Of a stretch of 38,714 bases of DNA, positions 26,753 to 37,067 are shown one piece after another. Under the pieces are notes generated by a model, which saw nothing but the letters and a program-made list of their open reading frames with translations, was not told the DNA's origin and did not search any database. The translations under genes were made by a program, and so were the position numbers. The stretch covers positions 1 to 38,714 of the forward strand of contig JAZDJN010000024.1 of assembly GCA_043803945.1 (NCBI GenBank), read 5' to 3'. Position 1 is the first letter of the stretch. The number at the start of each line of letters is the position of its first letter. Source of the DNA: a bacterium (GTDB taxonomy: Bacteria; Bacteroidota; Ignavibacteria; UBA10030).

Positions 26753-29530
26753 TCATTCAACGGTGATATATTTGCTATAACCGGGATAGATGAAATCCGT
26801 TGTTACCTGGATTGGGGGCAGAGGATCTCGGCCATACAAAAATCGTTTAAGTGAAACCGGACGGGGAGATTCCTCAGGATAGAGCACAAAGCGTATGTTC
26901 GGAGTATCGCAATACAGCGTTCCCCGCCGGGAGTTCAGGTCAAGGAGCAATTCCCATGTTCCATCTTTGAGATACACTTCGACGAGTTTCTTGCCATTCA
27001 GCCAAATCGTTGTCGGATGTGTCGTTGCTTTCCCATTGGTGACAACGGGGAACTGCCCCCGGGATCGAAGAATCACTTTTCTGCCGAGCGATGGAATATC
27101 GACGGTATCAATAACCTGACCATAATTATCTGCAACAGTCACCATCTTCAGAAGCACCAGCGATGACTCCTGGATCGGTTTTCCATCGAGCGTCGTGACT
27201 GCGATAACACCAATAGCCGACTGCGAAGAAACTGAAAGTGAGCCTGCATCATACCGCTTGCCAACGGTGAGTGCTCCCTGCACGGCACAAAATGTCGGAG
27301 AATTAATCGTCATCGTTCCTTCAGTCGCATCGCGGGTCAACTCTCTGGTATCGGAGACAAAAATATTATGCTCGTACATTTCAGGCAGAGTCGGTGCTTT
27401 ATAGGTTTCGTTCATTAATCGGACAAGCTGTGGAATCACTGCCAGTTCAGGAATGCCGCCCAATCCAATTATATTCCGCACTGTATCACGAAATCCTGCA
27501 GCAAAAACATTTGTTCGATCGCTGCCGATCGGGATCAATCCCTGGTCCCGAATATCCTCAGCTTTGAATCCCCAGCGAATCGGTGTTACTTGCTGGAATC
27601 CGCTGGAGGATGTGAAGACGGTATCGCTTCTCATCACCACAATTGGCAGCGGGTATCCGGACCGGGCGTAGAGACTATTCTGTTCGTTGGCAACCTGTCG
27701 TAACTGTGTATTGACGTAGGGTGTGAGGGAGTATAACAATGCATTCTTGCCGCCATACGGTACCATATGGCTTCGGCCAGCGGTAATAGTGAAGTCAAAC
27801 GGATACTGGACAGAGGTATCGATCGGAGCATTGACAACTTTGTGAAGCCATGCCATCCGATAATAATTGCTTTCATACTCGGCATAGTTGGCAAGATCGT
27901 CTTCGGCGAAAAGAATCCCGATGGTCCGTTGTGCTTCTGAAACATCACCCGCCAGAAATAATTTCGATGCCAGTCCAAACATACCCCATCGGACAGGATC
28001 AGCCTGCAATCCGAAACTACTGATGCCGGTAAAGTGTCCGGTAGTGGTATAATTGAAATGTGTGACAATATCGAACCCCTGGAATCGTGCATAGGCTGCT
28101 GTCTCGAGGATGCTCGAACTGCGATATTGATTCGGCCAGCACGTCGACCATTCACGGATTGCCGCCGGTCTTCCATACCAATGATATTGAGCGATCACCG
28201 GAGCGAAACTCCACGGGCCACTCTCAGTGAGATAATTCTTGTTGATGAAAAATTCCTGACTGAGCCATTCCTTCCCCGGCAAAAAAGAGGGATGATCGAA
28301 ATAGGCATTACTCGCCGTCATATCAAGATGCTGGCCGACGCTGAACGTCATCGGGCGGAGGTCTGTCCGTACTACTGCATTCAGCGGAACCTTTACGCCT
28401 CTGCTCAGACAATGATCTTTCATCTCCTTGAAGTAGCGTTTCTGCAGTTCCATGGCAAATCGGACAGCATCTGTACGCCGCGCCGGTGAACGAAGGGGAT
28501 CGTGATGGGGTACAAAGAGCGCCTGATCGAACGAACTCAACTCCATGTTCGGAAGGCTGATGTTTTTCTTCTCCAGCGACTCACCTGCTGCGAGCGCTGT
28601 TGTACCAGCGGCACTCATCCAGGCAACCTTTAATTTTGTCGTTGTCCCGTATCGGTCCGAAAGCCACTGATTCCAAAGATCGTTGAATTCCTTCCAGTAC
28701 GGCTGGGGCATTTTCGACCAGACTTCAGGCCTGAAAAGCATATCGTCTTCATTGACCAGCTCATAGCAGATGATTGCCGGATCCCCTGCATAAGCGAGGC
28801 CGGTATAGGGATTCACATGAAAAACAGCCAATGAATCGATATACTCTTTTTGCAGCTCAATGAGACGTCGATTAAAGATTGCATAGGGGCGTGCTGCACG
28901 ATCAAGGGAATCGGCATTGGGAACTCCGTCACCCTGCTTAAAGGAACGATAAGCCCGAAAACCGAGATAGGTATAGATTCCCCTTTTCCTGGCAGCGGCA
29001 ATCCAGTAATCAATCCGATCCCGGATATCTTCATCAAAGAATCGGGAGGTCGCAGCATGAGGGTAAGCTTCGTCGATAATATTTTGCCGGACAATACCAT
29101 ACTTCTCACCGGTTCGGTTATCGATGGAATGCAGCCGGATGAGGTTCACTCCTGACCGCGCTAGTGTTTCGAGAACAACATCGATGAGGTGTTTTGGAAT
29201 ATTCACATTTTGTTGATCGATCACCACACCCCAGAACCTTGCCTTCGTGCTGTCTTCAAACTGTAAATGCCCATCTGACCCCACCCGAACAAATCCATGC
29301 TTACCGCTTGGCAGATCGAGCAGATAACTGAAATCAACGAGCGAAGCTTCCGGGAATATGTCATAGGTAGGATTGAGCGAACGAACAGCGAGAGAGTCAT
29401 TGCGATAAGCATCCTGAGTCAGCCGCTCCAGTGTGACGGCTCCACGAGGTTGTGCGATCAACTCTGTGAAGAGGAACAGTGTTAAAATTGCTTGACTACG
29501 AAGCACAATATGAATCTTCAATGGTTGCAT
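26753..29530 (-). CDS. Secreted clan GH-A glycoside hydrolase (GH5/GH148-like)
   Basis: Signal peptide ending ELIA|Q; GKHGFV, RFWGV, GVNLIRLH, HVNPYTG..YAGDPAI..YELVNE (acid/base NE), WNQWL..RYG, AYFDHP, IREW (candidate nucleophile), PNQYR. Confidence 0.72.
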   Translation of the reverse strand: MQPLKIHIVLRSQAILTLFLFTELIAQPRGAVTLERLTQDAYRNDSLAVRSLNPTYDIFPEASLVDFSYLLDLPSGKHGFVRVGSDGHLQFEDSTKARFWGVVIDQQNVNIPKHLIDVVLETLARSGVNLIRLHSIDNRTGEKYGIVRQNIIDEAYPHAATSRFFDEDIRDRIDYWIAAARKRGIYTYLGFRAYRSFKQGDGVPNADSLDRAARPYAIFNRRLIELQKEYIDSLAVFHVNPYTGLAYAGDPAIICYELVNEDDMLFRPEVWSKMPQPYWKEFNDLWNQWLSDRYGTTTKLKVAWMSAAGTTALAAGESLEKKNISLPNMELSSFDQALFVPHHDPLRSPARRTDAVRFAMELQKRYFKEMKDHCLSRGVKVPLNAVVRTDLRPMTFSVGQHLDMTASNAYFDHPSFLPGKEWLSQEFFINKNYLTESGPWSFAPVIAQYHWYGRPAAIREWSTCWPNQYRSSSILETAAYARFQGFDIVTHFNYTTTGHFTGISSFGLQADPVRWGMFGLASKLFLAGDVSEAQRTIGILFAEDDLANYAEYESNYYRMAWLHKVVNAPIDTSVQYPFDFTITAGRSHMVPYGGKNALLYSLTPYVNTQLRQVANEQNSLYARSGYPLPIVVMRSDTVFTSSSGFQQVTPIRWGFKAEDIRDQGLIPIGSDRTNVFAAGFRDTVRNIIGLGGIPELAVIPQLVRLMNETYKAPTLPEMYEHNIFVSDTRELTRDATEGTMTINSPTFCAVQGALTVGKRYDAGSLSVSSQSAIGVIAVTTLDGKPIQESSLVLLKMVTVADNYGQVIDTVDIPSLGRKVILRSRGQFPVVTNGKATTHPTTIWLNGKKLVEVYLKDGTWELLLDLNSRRGTLYCDTPNIRFVLYPEESPRPVSLKRFLYGRDPLPPIQVTTDFIYPGYSKYITVE

Positions 29531-29577
29531 TCTTTCACGACTCTGTGCGATGATGGAAGAATATCAGGAAAAGATAC

Positions 29578-30297
29578 TCAGAAGTCGGCTCTAACGCCAA
29601 TGCGAAGGTCAAGCATCTGAAGCGTGCTCACATTTTCCATATCCAACGATAATGCCGGCCAGAGCTCGCCGATGATTATTTTATACTTCACCCCAATAGT
29701 GACAGACAATGGCGATGCAAGATGGAGAACGAGGTTTGTCCCAAGGCCAACTCCTCCGCTCCAATCAAGCTGTTTGCTCGGAGGAACTTTTGGGATATCG
29801 ACAACGAGAGGCCCTGTGGTCGTTATTGCCTTGAGAGTATCACTGTATGCTTCGCGTGAAAACTCCCAGCGATACAAACCAAACGCCAATCCCGCCTGGT
29901 GTTCGAGAAAACCAATTCTGTAGAGCGAATAGTCCATCGTTGCCGAAAGCCCGGTTATGGATAACTCCATCTGAAGAGCAGTGAGCGGTGAGCGAAGCTC
30001 TGATTCTTTGCCGCCGTAGGAATACTTTCTCGTCAGGAATAATTTGTCACGATTCTCCCGTTGGAAAGATCCATATTCCACAAGCATTCCCCAGGTCGGA
30101 TCGCTTCCTGAGAGATCGGCAACGTGGAACGATCCTCCAACAGTGGAAAGGAACCTCCCGTTTAATGCGCCGAGAGGCTGGAAATACGAAGCTCCAGCCG
30201 AGATACTGATTGTTCCAAATTGTGCACGGAGGTCCTGCCCGTGGAGCAGGAGCACGATGGCAATACTTCCGAAAATGCGGAATTGGTTTTTGATCAT
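29578..30297 (-). CDS. Small outer-membrane beta-barrel protein
   Basis: Signal peptide ..LRA|Q, alternating beta-strand pattern, C-terminal DLRIGVRADF (terminal aromatic). Confidence 0.75.
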   Translation of the reverse strand: MIKNQFRIFGSIAIVLLLHGQDLRAQFGTISISAGASYFQPLGALNGRFLSTVGGSFHVADLSGSDPTWGMLVEYGSFQRENRDKLFLTRKYSYGGKESELRSPLTALQMELSITGLSATMDYSLYRIGFLEHQAGLAFGLYRWEFSREAYSDTLKAITTTGPLVVDIPKVPPSKQLDWSGGVGLGTNLVLHLASPLSVTIGVKYKIIIGELWPALSLDMENVSTLQMLDLRIGVRADF

Positions 30298-30298
30298 A

Positions 30299-31018
30299 TC
30301 AATACAGGAATCTTAGACCGACATGGAAACTGAGCATACTACTTAAGGGGAATTCGTCGTAGTTCAATTTACCTGGTGTTGCGAGAACGTGATGATACTG
30401 GACGGCACCGTTCAAAGTCACAATCTCACTGAACTGATACTCGGCGCCAAATCCACCGTTCAGGATGATCGGATTTCCAAGTTTATTCTGCGCGAAGTTA
30501 CGATAGCTGTATTCAAAGGTATAGTCAATCGCGCTGAACCGCTTTTGCCATTCTTCAATAAGGTACATCCTTCGCGTGTAGAACATCACACCGCCTCCAA
30601 CGAAAAGCGTCACCGTCACATTCGCAGCAGGCTGGAGATCGGTGCTCAATCTCAGCATAAGAGAAAGGCCATCCATTTTTTGAACTGGACTAAGCGATGC
30701 GCTGAGTGAGGTATCTGAATTCAGGTTATCTTTCACGATGCCCTTATAGCGTTCGTTCCAAAATCGCCAGTTCCATCGCTCAAGAGCAGAATCCTGTTGA
30801 ATGCTGAAGAGATCATACCCGCCGATGACACTTAAGTAGAACCTGCCTGTCAGATTCATCCGCAGTTCCACTCCCCCGCCAACTGCGCTGGCGTCGGTAA
30901 CCTTCAACCGTTTTGAAAGTTCTGCGGTATAGCTGGAATAAATATTGATGGAGTGCACCTGGCTGTGGACAAATTCTGAAAGACACACAATAAGCGCTAT
31001 GGAGATCAGTCGGTTCAT
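30299..31018 (-). CDS. Small outer-membrane beta-barrel protein
   Basis: Signal peptide ..VHS|Q, GGGVEL, FVGGGV, GGFGAEY strands, C-terminal SFHVGLRFLY. Confidence 0.78.
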   Translation of the reverse strand: MNRLISIALIVCLSEFVHSQVHSINIYSSYTAELSKRLKVTDASAVGGGVELRMNLTGRFYLSVIGGYDLFSIQQDSALERWNWRFWNERYKGIVKDNLNSDTSLSASLSPVQKMDGLSLMLRLSTDLQPAANVTVTLFVGGGVMFYTRRMYLIEEWQKRFSAIDYTFEYSYRNFAQNKLGNPIILNGGFGAEYQFSEIVTLNGAVQYHHVLATPGKLNYDEFPLSSMLSFHVGLRFLY

Positions 31019-31947
31019 TCCAATCCAAGTTCAAGTGTAAGTCTTAGGATACCTCCAAGCCTGCCATACTCAGAATAGGCAACGTCGAACGTGACAGGAA
31101 GCGAGAGCGAAGTCCGTATACCGAGCCCGACACTGAAGGTCTCTTCGTCATAGAAGAATTTATATCCGCCCCGGAGGATGATGAGATTCCGCCACGCTGC
31201 CTCACCGCCAAGCGTAATTCGTTCATCGCCATCACTTGGATGGATCGCTTCGACAAGACCCGTGATGCGATACTCGGATGAACGATCGCCAAGAACTTCT
31301 GCACCAAATCCCAGCTTGAGCATCGATGGCATCCGGAATGGATCGTTCAGGTATTTTGCATCAGTACCAAAATTTTGAATGCTCGCTCCGATGCGGAGGG
31401 ATTGGAAACCTGTGTTGTAAAGAATTCCGCCATCGAAGATAACGTTGCTTGCATAATAGATGTCGATACCTTCCCGAACATATTTTGCCGTGATACCGTA
31501 GGCAAAACGATCGGTCAGTGCCTGGGAAAACGTAAGCCCAACGCAGAGGCCGCTGGCTGAAAAATTGCCGAGCGTTTCATACACCTGCTGGCCGCTCGAA
31601 CGAACCGTTCGCTCCATCGTCCCATAATCGAACATGATGATACTGGCAGCAAGAGTTCCAAATGGAGACTTGTAGGAATAGCTTGATGCATAGTGCTTCA
31701 TCTCAGCGATCCACGGTGAATAGGAAAATGAAGCCGAATGAATCTGTTCGATGAATCCGAGTGATGCAGGATTTGAAAAGACTCCCGAGGATTGCTGGTC
31801 GGGAAGCGCTAATGAAGTCTCGCCAAGTGCCGCAACCCTGGCAGAGACCGGAATTTCGAGAAAAACAAATCCCGAGGTTGCAGTTTTCTTGAATTCCTGC
31901 GCAGCAAGTGTAGAGGTTAGAAGTATGATGAATGCAATTGATTTCAT
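31015..31947 (-). CDS. PorV/PorQ family outer-membrane protein
   Basis: FVFLEIPVSARVAALGE, VFSNPASLG, ALTDRF..G...KYVRE.I, LRIGASIQNFG, LRGGY; ATGA overlap with the next gene. Confidence 0.9.
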   Translation of the reverse strand: MKSIAFIILLTSTLAAQEFKKTATSGFVFLEIPVSARVAALGETSLALPDQQSSGVFSNPASLGFIEQIHSASFSYSPWIAEMKHYASSYSYKSPFGTLAASIIMFDYGTMERTVRSSGQQVYETLGNFSASGLCVGLTFSQALTDRFAYGITAKYVREGIDIYYASNVIFDGGILYNTGFQSLRIGASIQNFGTDAKYLNDPFRMPSMLKLGFGAEVLGDRSSEYRITGLVEAIHPSDGDERITLGGEAAWRNLIILRGGYKFFYDEETFSVGLGIRTSLSLPVTFDVAYSEYGRLGGILRLTLELGLE

Positions 31948-34005
31948 TTATCGGACAATGGCAAACTTTCCAATTTTTGTTCCAACAGGTGAATCAACAT
32001 GGTAGAGGTACACACCACTCTCGACGAATTGCCCATAATCCGTCACTTGGTTCCACGAAGCAATCGCTCCTGCTCCTTCCGGAACCCGTATTATCTTCAC
32101 CAGATCACCCCGCGCAGTATAGATGCGTATTGTGCATGGGTTCGGCAAATTCACAAATTGAATCTGATCTGTTTCACCCGGTTGTGAAAATCCTGCACCG
32201 ATGATGAATGGATTGGGAACGACTAATATCTCTTTTATCGATGAAAAGGACGGAATCGTGGCTTTAAAAGGGACAGTTGTTCTGTTTGCAAAGATGGAGG
32301 ACTCAAGTGCAGGCACTTTATTAGATCGTGTCTCAGGGAATATGGCTGCCGGATTAACGGGCCATTGAACCTTTCCTGTGTCGAATGCCGTTAATGCATA
32401 ATAATAGCTCGTACCAAGCGAGACGAGTGAGTCGATAAATTTATAATTCCTCGTTGAAGCGTTATAATACTTCGCATCCCTTTTCAGGATTACACCAACA
32501 GAATCCCATGGACCAATGGGAAGATAACTCGATCGATACAGTTTATATCCGGCAAGATCAGCCGTTCCATCATCCGGATCATTTAAGCTCTCCGTCTCCG
32601 TACCCCATTGGATAACATTTGCGACCGACCGCTCCCTCTCCCGATAATAGTCTAGTGCAAATTTCGGTGCAGCAGGAGGATCGGGATGGTTCAAGCCCTT
32701 TCCTGCCAGCTTCTGGTCGTAGGTGAACTTGGCTTTATCGGCAGTAGCATAGAAAATTTGTGCACCGCGTGAACCGATGAACGACGGGGAAATTGTATTA
32801 TCGATTGCGTACCGGTAGTCGATCCCATCTACCATTTCAGCGAGTGCCACGACAATCGAATCACCCGGCAGAATGTTCCAGGGGCCGAGCGACATCATCG
32901 ACCACATTCGGGAACGGCGCATATATGTGGTATCGCTCGAGCTGGCGACAAAATTTGCCGCATTCGCCGGGTCGCTGAGTACTTTGTACTTGGTTTCGTT
33001 CGTTCCAATATTATTGAATGGCCCGCTAAGATCGATCGAGTTGCTGCCCGCAGACCAACCGTACTTGTTTACTCGTGTCGCCTGACCGGTAAGGTCGGGA
33101 GAAGAGTAGAGTAATCGAAAACCGACAAATCCCGGAGCAAGCCACTCTCCGGATGGTTTACCATCTTTCACGGGTCCCTGGGAATTGGAGAAACTGTAAT
33201 CCTCATTCATCCCAGCCGTTTCCGGATAATCAGCGGCACGCCCCCAGATCATTCTGCGGCTTGCCTCATAGAAGAACCAGGTATTGCGGGCGCCCGGTGT
33301 CAGAGCGGGGAACAAAACATTCCACGAGCGGGAATTCGCCTGCATTCCGTAATTTGCCAGGAGATGCATGCCGAAGAGTGTATCCGCTATTGATCGTCCG
33401 GCCGCACGGATCTCAGGAGAAATATTTTTTATTACATACTCATAGATAATGTAATTCTCCTCCCGTCTCGATCCGCTCCATTGATGCATCCGTCGTGTCA
33501 CCCGCACCGGCAGTTGCCGCTCACGGTCATCGATGTTAGTATAGTTGAGATTGTACTCCCACACTGTTTCGATGACCTCCTCACCTTCCAAGGGACTTGC
33601 CTTCAGCCAAAAATTCTCTCCCGATTTGAATTTGGGCAGATGCCGTACGACTCGGTATTTTGCATTCGGCTCATTCGAAACTGTCCCGCCGTACATCGAC
33701 CAATCTTCCACTACGAGCACGGTGTCCTGATTCTTCTTCGCCCCAATCCAAAATCCTCCGGAGACAAGATGCGACGGCGGCCCGCCGATATCTTCACGAA
33801 TCCATGACTCATCAAATCCGGGCCAATCCAATCCAATTCCCCTGCGCCCCCAGTTATTAAAATTCGGACCGATCTTTGCGAAGAAGACACTCTGCCACAG
33901 CATTCCCCGATTCATGGTCAGCACGGGTGATTCAACTTGTGAATGCAACGTCACAATGACAAGCATTGTCAGAAGGAGCAGTATGGGGAATGGTCGGATG
34001 TTCAT
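31948..34005 (-). CDS. Secreted protein with FN3-like region and variant T9SS C-terminal domain (TBDR partner)
   Basis: Signal ..LHS|Q; MMSLGPW..PGDSI, PDPPAAP, GYKLYRS, YYYALTAFD; C-terminal ILVVPNPF..IQFVNLP..CTIRIYT..GDLVK..SGVYLYHV..KIGKFAIVR. Confidence 0.82.
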   Translation of the reverse strand: MNIRPFPILLLLTMLVIVTLHSQVESPVLTMNRGMLWQSVFFAKIGPNFNNWGRRGIGLDWPGFDESWIREDIGGPPSHLVSGGFWIGAKKNQDTVLVVEDWSMYGGTVSNEPNAKYRVVRHLPKFKSGENFWLKASPLEGEEVIETVWEYNLNYTNIDDRERQLPVRVTRRMHQWSGSRREENYIIYEYVIKNISPEIRAAGRSIADTLFGMHLLANYGMQANSRSWNVLFPALTPGARNTWFFYEASRRMIWGRAADYPETAGMNEDYSFSNSQGPVKDGKPSGEWLAPGFVGFRLLYSSPDLTGQATRVNKYGWSAGSNSIDLSGPFNNIGTNETKYKVLSDPANAANFVASSSDTTYMRRSRMWSMMSLGPWNILPGDSIVVALAEMVDGIDYRYAIDNTISPSFIGSRGAQIFYATADKAKFTYDQKLAGKGLNHPDPPAAPKFALDYYRERERSVANVIQWGTETESLNDPDDGTADLAGYKLYRSSYLPIGPWDSVGVILKRDAKYYNASTRNYKFIDSLVSLGTSYYYALTAFDTGKVQWPVNPAAIFPETRSNKVPALESSIFANRTTVPFKATIPSFSSIKEILVVPNPFIIGAGFSQPGETDQIQFVNLPNPCTIRIYTARGDLVKIIRVPEGAGAIASWNQVTDYGQFVESGVYLYHVDSPVGTKIGKFAIVR

Positions 34006-34016
34006 AGTGTATTGTA

Positions 34017-37000
34017 TTAAAAACCAACTCCTAGTGTGAAGAAGATCTGACGGGGTAGATTTCGGTACGCACGATATGGAGCCACAACATGGCTTAACCG
34101 CAATGGGTCATTGCCGGGATCTTCCAGCGTAATACCATACTCCACCCAGTTCCTCCGATCGTCATCGGTATCCATCGGAGTGAGCCATTTGTTATTCAGA
34201 ACATTCATGACTCGCACACCGAGAATAATCTGGTAACCACCGACTTTCATAGTCTTGGTTGCATTCATGTCCATACTCGATTCAAGAGGGTACTTGCGGT
34301 TATTGATGATGTCCTTGAGGTCGAATGTGGTTCGATAAGTGAAGGGAGTACCGGATTGGGCAGTATACGTGATGCTCACAACCGAATTCTCAAATGGCTT
34401 CATTCCAAAGAGCACCCACCCCTCGCCAGGTTTGACTGCATACTGCAGCAATGCACGGAAATTATGTGTGCGATCGGATCCCGAAATGAATTCGCCGGTA
34501 AAATTTCGCAATTCATAATTTCTCGTATTATCGGGATAGATAAGCTGGGGACCATAATTTCCATCAGTGGTCTGGGACAACGAGTAACTGAGGCGGTATG
34601 ACCAGTTAGCAGGGTTCAACCGTTCAAAGGTCAATTCTAGTCCAGTTGTTGATCCGAATGCATTATTTTCAAATGTCGTGTAGCTGTAGAGAGGTACATT
34701 CTCCGACGTGAAACCTGCGGGCCTGTTTCTGCTTCCGGTTAACGCTGCTATGCGAAGCGTTCCAATCTGACTTACCCGATCGTTATAATACAACGCCACA
34801 TCAAGCCGATGACTCTCTTTAATGACCTGCTGTAATCCAAACTCATAGTTAATTGTACGTTTCGGTTCCAGATTTGGATTCCCCCTGCCAATCCAGCCAG
34901 ACTCTGTACGCTGCGAGAGCCCCTGACTAAAAATGGGCATGGAGGCGAAATGCCCGTACTGAACCCGGAAGGCTGTGTTCTCTCCAATAGGAAATGAAAT
35001 GCCGAGACGAGGCAGCAGTATCAGCTTGGTCTTCGCCGGCTCAGTGGAAGGATCGCCCACCAATCCTGGGCCTGAGGTTCCCTGATAAAATGGATCAAAT
35101 CGGTCCACCGGCACGCCAACATTAAAGTTATATGCCTCCGCCCGAAGGCCGAGGTTGGCGACCATTCCCGCATATTCCATTTTATCCTGAAGATAGAGCG
35201 AACCACTGATTGGATAGGCATGGTAGTATTCTGCAAAGCCGGAGCGTGTGATATACGTGTTTGCCTGATAACTCGAGTTCACGCCATTGTTCACCATATC
35301 CCAGTAATAGAATCGTCCGCCCATCTTCAGGAGATTCGTCTGATTGATCTGATTGGTATAATCGAAACTGAGGCTGACATGATCCGTCCGATTATCCTGA
35401 TAATAATTCGTGCTGACATTGAATGGAGGCCGGAAGTACGCATTGTCCCACCAGAGGCCATCTTTTAACACAGTACCGGCAACATCTCTCAGACTATCGA
35501 GGCGGTCGATTTCCATCAAATATCCGGGGACGTATTCATAGGGCAATTCATATTTCTCATTCTGGTGAGCGAGCGTTACTTCAAGGAACGAAGATGAGCT
35601 AATAGAATAGACCCAATTGATACTCTGCGTGATGGTCTGCTCAGTCCTCACAGGATCGACGAGAACGTAATATTTCGTTGAGACACCGGGAGGAGTAAAT
35701 GCCAAACCCGACCAACGTATATCCTCCGACCCCGACCATAATCCCCCCCGATACTTCTGATACATCGCCATCAACTTTATTTTATGGTTGGGGATCGGAT
35801 AATAGAGAATGTTCAAAAGATAATTTTGGTAGACCAGATTTCGTTCCGGAGTTGGCAGCCTCGTTGGACTCTTGCGGTATTCGCCGGAGAAATAGAACCG
35901 GAGCAAATCGGGATTCCGGCCTAGCGGTCCGCCAAATCCAACCAGCATTCGGGTATAAGATTCTTTGCGATAGTCGTACACTCCCAACGGATTATCATCG
36001 CTCGGCGTGTGATTGTTCACCCAGACATTATGTGCCCAGGCAATTTCACGGTTGACAATTTCGTCATACTGCCTTCTCGCTTCCGGATCTGTAGCAACCC
36101 GTTCCAGCAACTCTTTATAGCGAAGATCAATCTTCAATTCTTTCAGGATGATGTCGCGTTGCGCCATCCATTGATCGAGCGACCCCCATTTATGCCACTC
36201 ATAGCTGGCGGGATCGTAGAGATATTCGCCAAAGTGATATTGGCCGGGCGGCCGGTATTCGACCCTGACTTCCCCTTTGATGGCAGGAGCCCCTTCTTTC
36301 GTCACTACTTTGACAACGCCTGCCTGAGCATTGCCATACTCTGCAGAAAAACCACCAGAAATTAATTGGATCTGCTGCACACCCAGGGGATTGACATCGA
36401 ACTTCCATGAATTATTCGCCTTATCGCTGGCGAAGGACCCCGGTGCACTTGTGGAGGCATTCATCTGTTCGACACCATTGATCTGGAAATTCAATTCGTA
36501 CGAGCCGGAGCCGCGGACGCTGTAATTCCCCTGTGCATTTTTCTGAAAACTCGATGCCAGATCAAGCAATCCGCGCAATCCCTCCGCAGGTGCAGCCTTG
36601 ATCTGAGCATCATCAAGTGTTGTGGCAGTCGAGGTCTGATCTTTGATCACCTTTGGACGTTCAGCGACGATGACGATTTCCTTCATCTGGACATTTTCTT
36701 CATTCATTCGAATTGTCAAATCGGTCGTCCGGTCGATAAAGACTTCCACATCGGTGAGTGTGTGCTTTGCATACCCGAGCATTGAAGTAGAAACGGAATA
36801 TTTTCCAGGTTGGATATTCAGAATTGTAAATCGTCCTTCAAGATCTGCCGCAGCGCCGAGCGTGGTGCCCACCAGCACCACGTTCGCGCCAATCAACGGT
36901 TCGCGAGTCTTTTCATCGAGCACCAATCCTGAAATTTTCCCCCGCTGCGACTGTCCGAAGACAATCAACGAGAGAAGAAATGTGAGAACAAGGTGCCGAG

Positions 37001-37025
37001 CAGTATGACGAATAACCATTCGCAT
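34017..37025 (-). CDS. TonB-dependent receptor with N-terminal carboxypeptidase-regulatory-like domain
   Basis: GKISGLVLD..EPLIGANV..GAAAD..G.F.I.NI.PG.Y; plug VRGS, ISGGFSAEYGNAQAGVV..VTKEG; barrel YLQDKMEY, PRLGISFPI, GNPNLEP.RT..YEFG, PRQIFFTLGVGF. Start ATG 37025 (ORF track GTG 37064 is possible). Confidence 0.95.
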   Translation of the reverse strand: MRMVIRHTARHLVLTFLLSLIVFGQSQRGKISGLVLDEKTREPLIGANVVLVGTTLGAAADLEGRFTILNIQPGKYSVSTSMLGYAKHTLTDVEVFIDRTTDLTIRMNEENVQMKEIVIVAERPKVIKDQTSTATTLDDAQIKAAPAEGLRGLLDLASSFQKNAQGNYSVRGSGSYELNFQINGVEQMNASTSAPGSFASDKANNSWKFDVNPLGVQQIQLISGGFSAEYGNAQAGVVKVVTKEGAPAIKGEVRVEYRPPGQYHFGEYLYDPASYEWHKWGSLDQWMAQRDIILKELKIDLRYKELLERVATDPEARRQYDEIVNREIAWAHNVWVNNHTPSDDNPLGVYDYRKESYTRMLVGFGGPLGRNPDLLRFYFSGEYRKSPTRLPTPERNLVYQNYLLNILYYPIPNHKIKLMAMYQKYRGGLWSGSEDIRWSGLAFTPPGVSTKYYVLVDPVRTEQTITQSINWVYSISSSSFLEVTLAHQNEKYELPYEYVPGYLMEIDRLDSLRDVAGTVLKDGLWWDNAYFRPPFNVSTNYYQDNRTDHVSLSFDYTNQINQTNLLKMGGRFYYWDMVNNGVNSSYQANTYITRSGFAEYYHAYPISGSLYLQDKMEYAGMVANLGLRAEAYNFNVGVPVDRFDPFYQGTSGPGLVGDPSTEPAKTKLILLPRLGISFPIGENTAFRVQYGHFASMPIFSQGLSQRTESGWIGRGNPNLEPKRTINYEFGLQQVIKESHRLDVALYYNDRVSQIGTLRIAALTGSRNRPAGFTSENVPLYSYTTFENNAFGSTTGLELTFERLNPANWSYRLSYSLSQTTDGNYGPQLIYPDNTRNYELRNFTGEFISGSDRTHNFRALLQYAVKPGEGWVLFGMKPFENSVVSITYTAQSGTPFTYRTTFDLKDIINNRKYPLESSMDMNATKTMKVGGYQIILGVRVMNVLNNKWLTPMDTDDDRRNWVEYGITLEDPGNDPLRLSHVVAPYRAYRNLPRQIFFTLGVGF

Positions 37026-37047
37026 AAAGAAACTGATACTATCGTCT

Positions 37048-37067
37048 ATAGTGCCAAATGGCACTAT
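37048..37067. promoter_or_regulatory. 9-bp inverted repeat between the T9SS cargo gene and the TBDR gene
   Basis: ATAGTGCCA-AA-TGGCACTAT, overlapping the upstream stop codon; function unknown. Confidence 0.4.
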
